This document shows positions 27,929-39,023 of a stretch of 64,000 nucleotides of DNA, in pieces. Positions within the stretch are counted from its first letter, which is position 1. Every line of letters begins with the position of its first letter. Below the pieces are notes generated by a model. It was given only the letters and a program-made list of their open reading frames with translations, had not been told where the DNA came from and searched no databases. The stretch is from Aquificaceae bacterium. Lineage in GTDB: Bacteria > Aquificota > Aquificia > Aquificales > Aquificaceae. Where the stretch lies: contig JAXSNR010000001.1 of assembly GCA_037925075.1 (NCBI GenBank), positions 128,001-192,000 of the forward strand, in the 5' to 3' direction. The translations under genes were made by a program, and so were the position numbers.

Positions 27929-29929
27929 ATGGCAGGGGATACCTTTGTTCAAAGGTTAAGGAAGATTTATGCTATTTACACAGGTGCCTTTTTGGCCTTT
28001 GTAATCATTCTGGGTATAGGAGAAAAACTTGGTTTACCAAGCGCATACATAGGCTATGCCTTCATGTTTGGTACTATAGCGGTATACGCCACCATTGGGA
28101 TAATTTCCAGAACCGGTCAGTTGGCGGAATACTACGTAGCTGGCAGGCGTGTGCCAGCCATCTTTAACGGTATGGCAACCGCGGCGGATTGGATGTCTGC
28201 GGCGTCCTTCATAGGAATGGCAGGAGCACTCTATCTTCAAGGATATGATGGATTGGCTTACATTATGGGATGGACTGGTGGTTATGTCCTTCTGGCAGTT
28301 CTTATAGCACCATATCTGCGGAAATTCGGCAAATATACCATACCAGACTTTCTGGAAGAAAGGTATGGTGGTAAACTACCAAGAATAATAGGTATAATAG
28401 CAGCCATAATTACATCCTTTACATACCTAACTGCTCAGGTTACCGGTGTAGGTATAATAACAAGTAGATTTTTGGGCTTACCCTTTGAAATCGGAGTATT
28501 CCTTGGTCTTGCTGGTATACTGGTCTGTTCCTTTCTTGGTGGTATGAGGGCGGTTACTTGGACACAAGTTGCCCAATATATAGTTTTGATAGTCGCATAC
28601 ATGATTCCAGTAGTAGCCATATCCTACAAACACACAGGAGTACCAATTCCACAAATAATGTACGGTCAGGCTCTACAAACTATAGAGCAAAAACAGGCAC
28701 AACTAAAGGAGGACCCAAAAGAAATAGAAGTAAGGGAGATCTGGAAGAAGAAGGCTAAGGAGATTGATGAGAAGATAAAGGCACTGCCCGCAAGTTGGGA
28801 ACAAGGCAAGAAGGAGCTTGAACAAAAACTTGCAAGCCTATCACCGGAAGACCCCAAAAGGGCAGAAGTAGAAAAGGCTCTTAAGGAGTATCCCAAAACA
28901 CCAGCAGAGGCAAAGGAAAAGTGGACTAACGCTAAAAAGCAGGCCGAAGCCATGTCCAAACCTCCAAAATCTTATGTGCAGACACCTCAAAAGCCCATAG
29001 ATATGGTCAACTTCCTTGCCCTTACCTTCTGTCTTATGGTAGGCACTGCGGGCTTGCCACACATACTTATGAGGTTCTACACCACACCTACAGTGAGAGA
29101 AGCGCGAACCTCAGCAGGTTGGGCACTCTTCTTTATATTCCTCCTTTACTTTACAGCACCCGCCTACGCAGCCTTTGCAAGAAGTGAAGTGCTACAAAAT
29201 CTTGTAGGAAAGGCCTTTGCGGATATGCCTGCTTGGGTTCAAAAGTGGGCTGGTGTGGGGCTTGTCAAAATCCAAGACATTAACGGAGACGGTATAATAC
29301 AGTTTGCGGAAATTATCATACAGGCGGATATGGTTGTTTTGGCAACACCAGAGATAGCTGGACTTCCTTATGTGGTGGCTGGACTTGTTGCCGCTGGTGG
29401 TCTTGCGGCTGCCCTCTCCACCGCAGATGGCCTTCTGATAACCATATCCAATGCCATATCACATGACCTTTACTACAAGATAATCAATCCAAACCTTTCT
29501 CCTTCAACAAGGGTGAAGATAGGTAAAGCTCTTCTCCTTGTTGTAGCCCTCATAGGTGCTTATGTGGCCAGCTTCAGACTTGCCATAATAGTTGAGCTCG
29601 TGGCATGGGCTTTCTCTTTGGCTGCCGCGTCCTTCTTCCCAACTCTGGTGCTGGGCATATGGGACAAAAGGATGAATAAGGCTGGTGCTGTTGCCGGTAT
29701 GGTTGTAGGACTTGGACTAACCCTCTTCTACATGATAGGAAGTAGGTTTTTCGGACTTGACTGGTTTGGTATAAAAACCATAGCCTCGGGTATATTTGGC
29801 ATACCTGCAAACTTCTTAGTGGCACTCATAGTCTCCAGACTTACACCACCACCTCCAAAGGAGATTCAGGAATTTGTGGACAACATTCGCTATCCAAAAG
29901 GTGCGGTAAAGGCTGGAGCAGAAGAGTAA
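27929..29929 (+). CDS. actP: Sodium:solute symporter, ActP-like (probable acetate/monocarboxylate permease)
   Basis: YYVAGR, GMATAADWMSAASFIG, GMRAVTWTQVAQY, GTAGLPHILMRFYT, AAALST; divergent from acs. Confidence 0.8.
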   Translation: MAGDTFVQRLRKIYAIYTGAFLAFVIILGIGEKLGLPSAYIGYAFMFGTIAVYATIGIISRTGQLAEYYVAGRRVPAIFNGMATAADWMSAASFIGMAGALYLQGYDGLAYIMGWTGGYVLLAVLIAPYLRKFGKYTIPDFLEERYGGKLPRIIGIIAAIITSFTYLTAQVTGVGIITSRFLGLPFEIGVFLGLAGILVCSFLGGMRAVTWTQVAQYIVLIVAYMIPVVAISYKHTGVPIPQIMYGQALQTIEQKQAQLKEDPKEIEVREIWKKKAKEIDEKIKALPASWEQGKKELEQKLASLSPEDPKRAEVEKALKEYPKTPAEAKEKWTNAKKQAEAMSKPPKSYVQTPQKPIDMVNFLALTFCLMVGTAGLPHILMRFYTTPTVREARTSAGWALFFIFLLYFTAPAYAAFARSEVLQNLVGKAFADMPAWVQKWAGVGLVKIQDINGDGIIQFAEIIIQADMVVLATPEIAGLPYVVAGLVAAGGLAAALSTADGLLITISNAISHDLYYKIINPNLSPSTRVKIGKALLLVVALIGAYVASFRLAIIVELVAWAFSLAAASFFPTLVLGIWDKRMNKAGAVAGMVVGLGLTLFYMIGSRFFGLDWFGIKTIASGIFGIPANFLVALIVSRLTPPPPKEIQEFVDNIRYPKGAVKAGAEE

Positions 29930-30156
29930 TGGAGCAAATTCTTAACTACACCCTTGCCTTTTACATGTGGCTCGTCATAGGGCGGGCCGCCCTTTCCTTC
30001 TTTACCACAGACAGAAAAAACTTCTTCTACAACATGCTTTACTTGCCCACAGAACCCGCCTATAGACTCTACAGAAGACTTTTACCTTGCTGTCATACAC
30101 TTGCCATAGTTTTAAGTCTGTTGCTTTTGAGGTTTGCGGTTGTAAAATTGTTTTGA
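29929..30156 (+). CDS. Small membrane protein
   Basis: 75 aa, two hydrophobic segments, overlaps neighbours on both sides (TAATG, TGATG). Confidence 0.65.
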   Translation: MEQILNYTLAFYMWLVIGRAALSFFTTDRKNFFYNMLYLPTEPAYRLYRRLLPCCHTLAIVLSLLLLRFAVVKLF

Positions 30157-32012
30157 TGCTAGACGCAGAAAGATTTCTTTCGGAAATAGAACCCTTTAGT
30201 TTCCTTGACAAAAAAGAGATAAGAAGCGTAGCCCATAATCTTCTCGTAGAGTATTACAAAAAGGGTGAGGTTATCTTTAAAGAGGGCTCTAAGCCTCTTG
30301 AATTTCTCTACATACTTAGGAGTGGTAGCCTCTTGCTTGAGAGATACGGAGAGCCTGTGGAATACCTTCATGAGGGAGAATCCTTTGGGTATGTGTCCCT
30401 TATGACTTCAGGCCCACCCACTTCCACCGCAAAAGCCATAGAGGACAGCGTTGTTTTTTTGATGAACAAAAAGCTATTCAACAATCTAATAAGCACTCAC
30501 GAGGGATTTAGAGAGTATTTTACAAGGAAGTTGGCAAAAAGGTTGCTTACAAGCTCAAAAAAGGTTGCATCTTCCACGGTAGAAAGGCATATGGAATTAA
30601 GGCTTGAGGACATAAACCTCAGGCCACCACTGACCTTGGAGGGCTTTCTTTCCGTTGAAGAGGCTGTAAAGGTCATGGTTTCAAAGGACAGCACTTATGC
30701 ATTAGTAAGGCTTCCAGAAGGTTTGGGTATTGTCACCGAAAGAGATATTCTAAAGCGGGTTTTAGCAAAAGGTTTGAAGCCAGAAGATGTGAAATTGGCG
30801 GATATAGCCACATTTCCAGTGGTGTCTATAGAAAGTGGTAGCACCCTGTACGATGCGATGGTGCTTATGGCAAGGCATGGTATAAGAAAGATTTTAGTAG
30901 CCAAGGATAATAAACCCCTTGGCATTCTTGAAGACAAGGACATAATAGCCTACGAGAGCAAAAACGCCGTTTTCCTAATAAAGGAGATAGACAAGGCAAA
31001 GACCGTAGAAGACCTTAGATATCTTTACAATCTTGTAAAGGAGCAGGTGGTGGAGCTTGTGCTTCATGGCACAGACCCAGAAAAGCTTGGAGAATACATA
31101 TCGGAGATAAACGACCGCTTTATGAAAAGGGCGGTTTATATAGCCTTAAACAGGCTGGGAGAAGAGCCTTTAGTACCCTTTAGCATAATGGTGCTCGGAA
31201 GCGAAGGAAGAAGGGAACAAAGCCTAAAAACAGACCAAGATAATGCCCTCATATACCAAGACTACCCTATGCTTGACTTTGAGCCAAGGGCTTACTTTGA
31301 AAGATTTTCAAAGACATACGTAGATGTACTTCTTGAGATAGGCTTTCCTCCTTGCCTCGGTAATGTGATGGTTTCAAACCCTTTCTGGAGAAGATCAGCA
31401 AAAGAATGGGAGCAGGCGGTTTCTGACTGGATAGAAAAGCCAAAACCTGAAAACATCCTTAACATTGCCATCTTCTTTGATTTCAGAAACGTCTTCGGAG
31501 ACCAGACTTTGGTGCAAAGGCTTTGGGAACATGTAAGAAGGAGCATAGAGAAAAACCCGGGCTTTATCCCCTTTCTTGCGGTAGATGCGGTAAGGTTCAA
31601 GCCTCCCCTTGGGTTTTTCAAAAACTTCGTGGTAGAAGACAGTGGAGAACACAAGGGTGAGATAGACATAAAGAAGGGTGGCATATTCCCCATAACTCAA
31701 GGTGTTCGGGCTCTTGCCTTGGAGTCGGGAATAACTCAACAGAACACCTTTGAACGCATAGAAGAGTTGGGCAAGTTGGGTATACTCTCTCAAGATTACG
31801 CAAAGGACCTTAAAGAAGCCTACAGATTTCTTCTTGCCCTTAGGTTTAAATTCCAAGCACAGAAACTAAAAGAAGGAAAAGATCCAGACAACTACATAAA
31901 CCCCGAAAAACTCTCAAGGGCGGAGAAAGGGACTCTAAAGGACGCTTTTAGGGTGATAAAGGAATTTCAGGAGTTTCTTTATGACAGGTACAATCTGAGG
32001 TATTTTGAATGA
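30156..32012 (+). CDS. cNMP-binding / CBS / DUF294 putative nucleotidyltransferase
   Basis: N-terminal cNMP domain (GEVIFKEG..GESFG), CBS pair (GIVTERDI), GSEGRREQSLKTDQDNAL NTase motif, IDIKKGGIFPI. Confidence 0.9.
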   Translation: MLDAERFLSEIEPFSFLDKKEIRSVAHNLLVEYYKKGEVIFKEGSKPLEFLYILRSGSLLLERYGEPVEYLHEGESFGYVSLMTSGPPTSTAKAIEDSVVFLMNKKLFNNLISTHEGFREYFTRKLAKRLLTSSKKVASSTVERHMELRLEDINLRPPLTLEGFLSVEEAVKVMVSKDSTYALVRLPEGLGIVTERDILKRVLAKGLKPEDVKLADIATFPVVSIESGSTLYDAMVLMARHGIRKILVAKDNKPLGILEDKDIIAYESKNAVFLIKEIDKAKTVEDLRYLYNLVKEQVVELVLHGTDPEKLGEYISEINDRFMKRAVYIALNRLGEEPLVPFSIMVLGSEGRREQSLKTDQDNALIYQDYPMLDFEPRAYFERFSKTYVDVLLEIGFPPCLGNVMVSNPFWRRSAKEWEQAVSDWIEKPKPENILNIAIFFDFRNVFGDQTLVQRLWEHVRRSIEKNPGFIPFLAVDAVRFKPPLGFFKNFVVEDSGEHKGEIDIKKGGIFPITQGVRALALESGITQQNTFERIEELGKLGILSQDYAKDLKEAYRFLLALRFKFQAQKLKEGKDPDNYINPEKLSRAEKGTLKDAFRVIKEFQEFLYDRYNLRYFE

Positions 32013-32632
32013 TAAAAGGTCTTATAGACAGGCTCTTTTTGGAAAAGGGATTAAAAAGGATAGGTTGGGAAATAGAAAAAGAAGCCAAAATTGAAGACAC
32101 ATGCTTTGTGGTTTTTGACACAGAAACCACCGGACTTGACCTGAAAAGGGATGAAGCCTTAAGCCTTGGTGCGGTGAAGATAGAAAATCTTAGGATAGAC
32201 CTAAGCAAAAGTTTTTACGCTCTTTTGAAGCCCACAAGGGCATATAACCATTCAATAAAGGTACATGGCATAACACCCGATGACCTACGCACCGCAAGGG
32301 AAAGAAGGGATGTGTGTATGGAGTTTTTGGAGTACGCAAAGGGCTGTATTTTGGCGGGATACTTTGTTCAGATTGATGTGGCCATGCTTAAAAACCTCGT
32401 CAAAAAAGAGTGTGGAGCATCTTTGAAAGCCTACGCCTTTGACTTAGTGGATATGATAGAGCAAAAGGACAAAGTGCCAAGCCTTGAAGAGCTTCTTAAG
32501 AATTTCAGACTTCCCATATCAACCCAACATAACGCCCTTGAAGACGCCTACATGACAGCCCTTGTACTGCTAAGGCTTTTAAAAGAGGGAAACTACAAGA
32601 AGCTCAAGGATCTTCCCATTAAAGGCTTTTAA
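32009..32632 (+). CDS. DEDDh 3'-5' exonuclease domain protein
   Basis: VFDTETTGLD, VHGI, HNALEDAYMTA. Confidence 0.9.
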   Translation: MIKGLIDRLFLEKGLKRIGWEIEKEAKIEDTCFVVFDTETTGLDLKRDEALSLGAVKIENLRIDLSKSFYALLKPTRAYNHSIKVHGITPDDLRTARERRDVCMEFLEYAKGCILAGYFVQIDVAMLKNLVKKECGASLKAYAFDLVDMIEQKDKVPSLEELLKNFRLPISTQHNALEDAYMTALVLLRLLKEGNYKKLKDLPIKGF

Positions 32633-32633
32633 C

Positions 32634-32707
<74 letters not shown>

Positions 32708-32715
32708 TAGTTATT

Positions 32716-32744
32716 ATTATAACCTTACAGTTCCACCAAGTCAA
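32716..32744 (-). promoter_or_regulatory. Sigma70 promoter of tRNA-fMet
   Basis: TTGACT (32744-32739)-N17-TATAAT (32721-32716), 8 nt before the mature tRNA 5' end. Confidence 0.8.
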
Positions 32745-33789
32745 GGGAAACCTCTGAAAGAGGCTCTCCAACGCCACCTTTTACCATCACCATGTTCTCA
32801 AGCCTAACGCCAAACTTTCCTGGAAGATATATACCCGGTTCAACGGTAAAGACCATACCCTCTTCTATCCTCACATCCTTGTCCTTGCCCTTATAATACA
32901 CCCTTGGAAACTCATGAATTTCAACGCCCACACCATGCCCAAGAGAATGGGTGAAAAACTTACCAAAACCCTTTTTCCTTATGTACTCTCTTGCGACCAT
33001 ATCAATTTCTCTTAGCTTTCTTCCAACCTTTATTCTCTCAAGGGCTAAAAGATGAGCATCCTTTACTATGCTATAAACCCTCCTAAATTCACTGTCCGCC
33101 TTTCCCAGAAAGAGTGTTCTTGTAAAGTCTGTGCAATAACCTTGCCATACAAGTCCCATGTCTATTAAAAGTGGCTCTCCTCGCCTTATCCTTTTCTGAG
33201 ATGTTTCATAATGGGGTATGGCTGACCCTTTACCGCTCGCCACTATGGCGGGAAAGCTCTCTCCGCTGGCACCCTCTTTGAAAAACTCCTGAACAAGCCA
33301 GGACCTTATCTCAAGCTCTGTCATCCCCTCTGTTATATATTCAAGAAGCCTTTTGTATATCCTATCGCTTTTCTTTACGCCTTCCTTTATTGTTTTAAGT
33401 TCTTCCTCATCCTTTATAGCCCTAATTTCTTTTAGAAAACCCGATATTCCTATCCATCTAAAGCCACCCCTTAGAGCCTTCCTAAATTCACAGCTAACCC
33501 TGTCCTCTTCATAACCCACCCTAAAGACACCGAGCCTTTTAAGAAATCCCTTTATTACTTTTATGGCGTTTTCCTTAATAAGCAAAACATCCCAGTCCTT
33601 TAGAGTAGATTTTGCCTTTTCGTAATACCTGCCATCTGTCAGAAGATGATGAGAGTCTCTTGTGATAACCACATAGGCGTGGCTTGACCTAAAACCAGAA
33701 AGGTAAAAGACATTAGCCTGTGAGCTAAAAAGAAAGGCATCAAGGTTGTGCTTCTTCAAAAGCTCCTGAACCTGCCTTATTCTCTTCAT
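32725..33789 (-). CDS. M24 family Xaa-Pro aminopeptidase
   Basis: TDGRY, IDMG..YCTDFTRT, HSLGHGVGVEIHE, EPGIY, GVRLE. Confidence 0.93.
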   Translation of the reverse strand: MKRIRQVQELLKKHNLDAFLFSSQANVFYLSGFRSSHAYVVITRDSHHLLTDGRYYEKAKSTLKDWDVLLIKENAIKVIKGFLKRLGVFRVGYEEDRVSCEFRKALRGGFRWIGISGFLKEIRAIKDEEELKTIKEGVKKSDRIYKRLLEYITEGMTELEIRSWLVQEFFKEGASGESFPAIVASGKGSAIPHYETSQKRIRRGEPLLIDMGLVWQGYCTDFTRTLFLGKADSEFRRVYSIVKDAHLLALERIKVGRKLREIDMVAREYIRKKGFGKFFTHSLGHGVGVEIHEFPRVYYKGKDKDVRIEEGMVFTVEPGIYLPGKFGVRLENMVMVKGGVGEPLSEVSLDLVEL

Positions 33790-34895
33790 CTTTTTCCCTC
33801 AATCATTCTTCTGTATTTATTTACAGTCCTCCTTGCTATGTTTATGCCCCTATCCCTTAAAAGTTTTGAAAGCTCTTCATCAGAAAGCCTACCCTTTTCA
33901 GATTGTAATAGCTCTTTCAAAACCCTCATTATCTCCTCCTTGCTAAAACCCTCTTTAGTTTCTCTTAGGAAAAAGGACCTCAAGGGAAATACACCTATGG
34001 GTGTTCTTGCATACTTTCTGTTTACCACCCTGCTTACCGTTGAAAGACTGACCTGCGCCCTTTTTGCCACTTCGCCAAGGGTGAGGCTTTTTAGTGGCTC
34101 TTTTCCCAGCATAAAGCCCGCTTGCCTTTCTAAAATCAGCTCTCCAACCGCACGCATAACCCTTCTTCTCATCTCCAATATAAAGGCTATGGGCTTCGTA
34201 CTTCCTGTAGCCTCCACATCCCAAAAATCCTCCATAAGAAAGACATACCACTGGCTTCCGTCGTATTCAAAGACCATATCCACGCTACCGCTTTTGTATA
34301 AGGTCTCACCACCCTCAAAGGGAGTGAGTTTTAGCCTTGATAACATTTCTTTTGCTTTTGGGTTTTTGCTTTTGCCTTTCAGAACTTGTAAGACCTCACC
34401 ATGAAGCTCCTTTTCATCGGGATAAAGCTCTTCAAGCTGTAAGAGGATAAACTCCTCAAGGTTTTTACTGGCAACTCCCAAGGGTTCAATTTCTCTCATG
34501 ATGAACTCTCTAATGTCTTCCACGTAATCTGGGCTTACACCGTAATGTTTTGCTATTTCTTCCACATTCCCCACAAAAAACCCCTTATGGTTTAGCCCGG
34601 AGATTATTTCAAGGGCTATGTCAAAGTCAAGGCCATCAAACTCATAACGTATCTGCTCTTCAACCTTACTTATTTCACTTGGAACAGAGGTAAGCTGAGG
34701 CTCTTTATATTCCCTGTAGAACCATCTTGGTCTTGTTTTAAGGGTAAGCTTTATATTAGGGTTTTCCTTCTGCTTTAGCTCCAACTCTTGCAAAAGCTCT
34801 TCTGAGGTCTTTAAAAGTAAGTCAATACTGTTTTCTATCTTCAAAAGCAAGCTTGTCTTTAACTGCGGGAGAACTCTTATAGGTTTATCCTTCAA
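33786..34895 (-). CDS. rpoN: RNA polymerase sigma-54 factor
   Basis: EPLGVAS, STVSRVVNRKY HTH, LSDEEL, RpoN box ARRTVNKYR. Confidence 0.93.
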   Translation of the reverse strand: MKDKPIRVLPQLKTSLLLKIENSIDLLLKTSEELLQELELKQKENPNIKLTLKTRPRWFYREYKEPQLTSVPSEISKVEEQIRYEFDGLDFDIALEIISGLNHKGFFVGNVEEIAKHYGVSPDYVEDIREFIMREIEPLGVASKNLEEFILLQLEELYPDEKELHGEVLQVLKGKSKNPKAKEMLSRLKLTPFEGGETLYKSGSVDMVFEYDGSQWYVFLMEDFWDVEATGSTKPIAFILEMRRRVMRAVGELILERQAGFMLGKEPLKSLTLGEVAKRAQVSLSTVSRVVNRKYARTPIGVFPLRSFFLRETKEGFSKEEIMRVLKELLQSEKGRLSDEELSKLLRDRGINIARRTVNKYRRMIEGKR

Positions 34896-36138
34896 GTTTT
34901 TCCTCCGAAGTTGCGGTAATAAATACGCTCACTATCCTGTTACCTTCCATTTTATCCACCACAAATTTAAAGCCGTCGTGAAAAAACTGGTCTCCTTCTT
35001 CCGGAACCTTTGAAAGCCTCGCCATTACAAAACCTCCTATGGTGTCGTATTCGTAGTCTTCTGGAAGGCCAAAGCCTATCCTTTTTGCCACCGTCTCCAC
35101 GTCCGCCCACCCGCTCACCAAATAAGTGTCCTTAGAAACTTTAACTATGTCTTCCTCCCAGCTTTCTGGCACATCTCCAAAGAGGTATTTCATAATGTCA
35201 TAGACGCTTACAAGACCAGAAATCTCTCCATGCTCTCCCACCACAAGGGCTGTTTGAGTCTTTTGATTCTTCATCTCCTTTATCAGTTCTGTAATGCTCA
35301 GTATCTCTGGCACAAAGAGGGCATCCCTTTTGAAGTCTTTTAGGGGTCTTTTGAGGTTTTTGGAAAAGGGAACCACATCCTTTATGTACAACATACCCGC
35401 CACATTGTCAGGACTTTTTGAGAATAGGGGTATTTTGCTGTGCTTTTTCTGGATTATTTCCTCAATCACATCTTCCAAAAGGCTTTCCTCATCCAACATA
35501 AACATGTCTGGCCTTGGGGTCATGATCTCCTTTACCGTGGTATCTTTTAGGCTTATGGCTCTTTCTACGGCTTCCATATCCCTTTTATCAAAGTAGCCAA
35601 GTGAGATTCCCATTTCAAGTATTTCCATAAAAACTTCTACTGGGTTCTTGCTTTTATCTTCCACATCCACAAGCCCAATAAGCCTGCTAACAGGTCCTAT
35701 AAGGACCGCACGAACTGGACTAATGAGTTTGTGAATCAGTATAAAGGGTAGGTAATATACGGGAGCAAGCCGTGTGGTAAAGGGCAGAACTGTATTTTTC
35801 GGAAGCACCTCACCGAAAACAAATATTAGTAGGCTTGAGAATATTACCGCAAAACCTGCACCCTTTGGACCCATAAAATCCACAAACAACTTGGTTCCAT
35901 AAGAAGATATAAGTATATTAACAAGCTCATTTCCAAGCAGTATGGTAAGCAAGACCTCTCTCGGTTTTGAAAGGAGTGTGAGTAAAGACCTGTATATTCT
36001 CTTTTTTTCCCTAAGCTTCAAAAGATATCTATTGGCGCCAAAGAAAACTATCTCAGAAGAGCTAAAAAAACCGGACATGAAAAGCAAAAATAGGAATACA
36101 AGCACTTCAGTATAGATTGCAGAATACGAAGTGTCCAT
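34885..36138 (-). CDS. CNNM/HlyC-CorC family protein (DUF21-CBS-CorC)
   Basis: SGFFSSSE, LLGNELVN, FGEVLPK, VKEIMTPR, YDTIGGFV. Confidence 0.9.
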   Translation of the reverse strand: MDTSYSAIYTEVLVFLFLLFMSGFFSSSEIVFFGANRYLLKLREKKRIYRSLLTLLSKPREVLLTILLGNELVNILISSYGTKLFVDFMGPKGAGFAVIFSSLLIFVFGEVLPKNTVLPFTTRLAPVYYLPFILIHKLISPVRAVLIGPVSRLIGLVDVEDKSKNPVEVFMEILEMGISLGYFDKRDMEAVERAISLKDTTVKEIMTPRPDMFMLDEESLLEDVIEEIIQKKHSKIPLFSKSPDNVAGMLYIKDVVPFSKNLKRPLKDFKRDALFVPEILSITELIKEMKNQKTQTALVVGEHGEISGLVSVYDIMKYLFGDVPESWEEDIVKVSKDTYLVSGWADVETVAKRIGFGLPEDYEYDTIGGFVMARLSKVPEEGDQFFHDGFKFVVDKMEGNRIVSVFITATSEEKLEG

Positions 36139-37018
36139 TCACCTTTACCTCCTTGACTCCACCTTCACACTCTTTTAGTTTTTGCTTGCATTGGGAAAAG
36201 AAAGGGCATGGACTTTGAAAGTTCTCATCAAAAAAGTCTTCAAAGTCTTTCCTTCTTTGAGAGGGATGTCTTGCTGGTACGGTGCTTATAAGATACTGGG
36301 TGTATGGATGTAGAGGATTTTTGAGAACTTCCTTTGAGGGACCCATTTCCACAAGCCTTCCCTTGTACAGGACTCCAACCCTATCGGACACGCTTTCAAC
36401 CGCCCTTATGTCGTGGGTTATTAGCAAGGTGCTTATTCCTTCCCCTTTTAGCTTTAAGAAAAGCTCCAGTATGCCAGCCCTGTAGCTCATATCAAGGGAT
36501 GAGGTAGGCTCGTCCGCCACCAAAAGCTTTGGCTTTAGGACTATAGCCCTTGCTATGGCAACCCTCTGCCTTTGACCTCCAGAAAGCTCATCGGGTTTTC
36601 TTTCTAAAAAGCTTTCCTCAAGGCCTGCCATACGCAAAGCCTGAATAACCTTTTCCCTTCTGTTTCTCTCGCCATGAACCAGTAGAGGCTCTTCCACAAT
36701 ATCCTTTACCTTCATACGTGGATTGAGGGAGCTTCTTGGGTCCTGAAAGACCGCTGACACAAGCCTTGTGTATTCCTTTCCCATCTGAAAGGGGTTTTTG
36801 CCTTCAAAGAAAAGTCTTCCAGAGCTTGGTTTTTCAAGCCTTAGGATGATCTTACCTATGGTGCTTTTGCCAGAGCCAGACTCTCCCACAAGAGAAAATA
36901 TCTCTCCATATTCTATCTTTAAGCCCACCTCTTTTATAGCCCATATAGACCTTTTGGGAAAAAGCCCAATGGTAAAAACCTTTGAGACTCTCTCCAAAAG
37001 AAGAAGCCCCTCACTCAT
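36107..37018 (-). CDS. Oligopeptide/dipeptide ABC transporter ATP-binding protein
   Basis: [29 protein letters not shown]-terminal Cys cluster. Confidence 0.9.
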   Translation of the reverse strand: MSEGLLLLERVSKVFTIGLFPKRSIWAIKEVGLKIEYGEIFSLVGESGSGKSTIGKIILRLEKPSSGRLFFEGKNPFQMGKEYTRLVSAVFQDPRSSLNPRMKVKDIVEEPLLVHGERNRREKVIQALRMAGLEESFLERKPDELSGGQRQRVAIARAIVLKPKLLVADEPTSSLDMSYRAGILELFLKLKGEGISTLLITHDIRAVESVSDRVGVLYKGRLVEMGPSKEVLKNPLHPYTQYLISTVPARHPSQRRKDFEDFFDENFQSPCPFFSQCKQKLKECEGGVKEVKVNGHFVFCNLY

Positions 37019-38385
37019 ATGGTTCTGGAAAACCTCTGCTCCTTTTTGGTCTTAAGGTACTGGTCAAAGACCATGGCTATGTTCCTTATAAGAAGCCTAC
37101 CCTCTGGCAAAACCTTTATGCTTCTTTGGTCTATTTTAAGAAGACCATCTTTTTCCATATCTTGCAGTTCTTCAAGCTCCTGATGGAAGTGCTCTTCAAA
37201 GTTTATTCCAAACATGGATTCAATCTTTTCAAAGTTGCATCGGAAGTTGCACATAAGGTCCATTATAACCTCACGCCTGATGAAGTCTTCCTCCGTAAGT
37301 ATGTAGCCTCTCATGATGGGAAGCCTTCCTGAGTCAAGGGCAAGGTAGTAATCCCTTATGGTCTTGTAGTTTTGAAAGTATCCACCATAGAGCATGCCTA
37401 TGGAGGTGGCACCTATGCCTATAAGGTCCACGCCCTTTTTAGTGGTGTATCCCTGAAAGTTTCTCCAAAGGGTACCTTCTCTCTGAGCTTGAGCAAGTTC
37501 ATCCTCAGGCTTGGCAAAGTGGTCCATGCCTATGAAAACATACCCCGCCTTTTGGAAAAGCTCTATGGTCATCTCCAGTATGGTTAGCTTGTCCTCTGGT
37601 GGAGGCAGAGTAGATGGGTCTATCTTTCTCTGAAGAGGCTTTAGCCACGGCACATAGGCAAAGTTAAAGACCGCCACCCTGTCTGGGTCAAGGGCTATGG
37701 TTTGCTCTATGGTTTTTTTGAATTTCTCAGGTGTCTGATAGGGTAGTCCGTATATAAGGTCTATGTTTATGCTTTTAAAGCCAAGACTTCTAAGGTCCTT
37801 CATTACCCTTTCCATTAGCTCATAGGGCTGTATGCGGTTTATAGCCCTTTGCACTTCTGGGTCAAGGTCCTGAAGCCCCATACTTATGCGGTTAAATCCC
37901 ACCTCTCTTAGAGTTTGTAGCTGACCTTCCGATAGATACCTTGGGTCTATCTCCACGCTTATCTCCGCATCCGGTGAGATGCCAAAGACCTCCCTTATCT
38001 TCCCAAAGAGCTCTCTTATCTCTTCATTACTTAGAAAATTGGGAGTTCCACCACCCCAATGAAGCTGGACCACTGGCCTTGAAACATCAAGATATTCTTT
38101 TAGTCTTTCCATCTCCTTGTACAGATAATCCAGATACCTTCTGGTTACATCCTTTCTGTGGGATATTATCACATTACAACCACAAAACCAGCAAGCACTC
38201 TCGCAAAAGGGTATGTGAAAGTAAAGGGAAAGGGGCCTTTTAGAAAGGTTGCTATCCAGAAGCATCCTCTTGTAGTCTTCTTCCTTTACCCCCTCATGAA
38301 ACTCTGTGGCGGGTGGATAGCTGGTGTATCTTGGACCGGGCTTGTCGTATTTTCTTATAAGTGCTTCATTGAATATGGTTTTCAT
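37015..38385 (-). CDS. hemN: Oxygen-independent coproporphyrinogen III oxidase
   Basis: [42 protein letters not shown]-terminus. Confidence 0.96.
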   Translation of the reverse strand: MKTIFNEALIRKYDKPGPRYTSYPPATEFHEGVKEEDYKRMLLDSNLSKRPLSLYFHIPFCESACWFCGCNVIISHRKDVTRRYLDYLYKEMERLKEYLDVSRPVVQLHWGGGTPNFLSNEEIRELFGKIREVFGISPDAEISVEIDPRYLSEGQLQTLREVGFNRISMGLQDLDPEVQRAINRIQPYELMERVMKDLRSLGFKSINIDLIYGLPYQTPEKFKKTIEQTIALDPDRVAVFNFAYVPWLKPLQRKIDPSTLPPPEDKLTILEMTIELFQKAGYVFIGMDHFAKPEDELAQAQREGTLWRNFQGYTTKKGVDLIGIGATSIGMLYGGYFQNYKTIRDYYLALDSGRLPIMRGYILTEEDFIRREVIMDLMCNFRCNFEKIESMFGINFEEHFHQELEELQDMEKDGLLKIDQRSIKVLPEGRLLIRNIAMVFDQYLKTKKEQRFSRTI

Positions 38386-38412
38386 GAAATATAAATATAT
38401 GCCTTTTTAAGA

Positions 38413-38430
38413 GGGGCGGAGACACGCCCC
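38413..38430 (-). terminator. Hairpin downstream of rhodanese gene
   Basis: GGGGCG-N6-CGCCCC inverted repeat. Confidence 0.4.
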
Positions 38431-38437
38431 GCTTTGT

Positions 38438-38908
38438 TCACTTTACATAGTCTACTGCTGCACTTGTCACATCTTTTGCCATCTCTGATATTCCACCTTT
38501 TAATTGATAGGCTTTATCAAAGCCAAGAACTCTAAGAGCGGCAACTACCGCAGCCGCCCTGTTACCAGAATGACAGACAACTACTATCTTCTTGTCTTTG
38601 GGAAGTTTGTTCAGGTTTTCCTCTTTAAAAAGCTCATGCATAGGGATGCGAAGTGTGTTCTTCCAAGTAGGAGCCACGACCGCCATCTCCGCGGGAGTCC
38701 TTATATCAAGTATCACGAAATCTTCGCCCCTCTGTATCATCTGAAGAAGTTGTTGAGTGGTTATCTGGCAGGGTTTTTGCTTGAGCACTTCAGGCTTAAG
38801 TTGGGAAAACATGGCATCAAAACGTTTTGCAAGCTCCTTGTCATAAGACAAGGCAACCCCAGAGGTTGCAAAAAGTACCACCGATGCAAGTGCTACCAAT
38901 TTCTTCAT
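38438..38908 (-). CDS. Secreted rhodanese-like sulfurtransferase
   Basis: Signal peptide, LDIRTPAE, VVCHSGNRA, LKGGI. Confidence 0.88.
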   Translation of the reverse strand: MKKLVALASVVLFATSGVALSYDKELAKRFDAMFSQLKPEVLKQKPCQITTQQLLQMIQRGEDFVILDIRTPAEMAVVAPTWKNTLRIPMHELFKEENLNKLPKDKKIVVVCHSGNRAAAVVAALRVLGFDKAYQLKGGISEMAKDVTSAAVDYVK

Positions 38909-39023
38909 CTCTTCACCTCCTGACTAAAATCATATATAATAATATAACATAAACTTATAACAAATACAAGTCCTACTTCTGTGTTATACTCTATATAAAA
39001 CCAAATCCTTAAGGAGGTTCTTG

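Noticed and set aside
38909..39023. SAM riboswitch upstream of the SAM synthetase
   Set aside because: About 115 bp of AT-rich divergent promoter DNA with no S-box core or stems.
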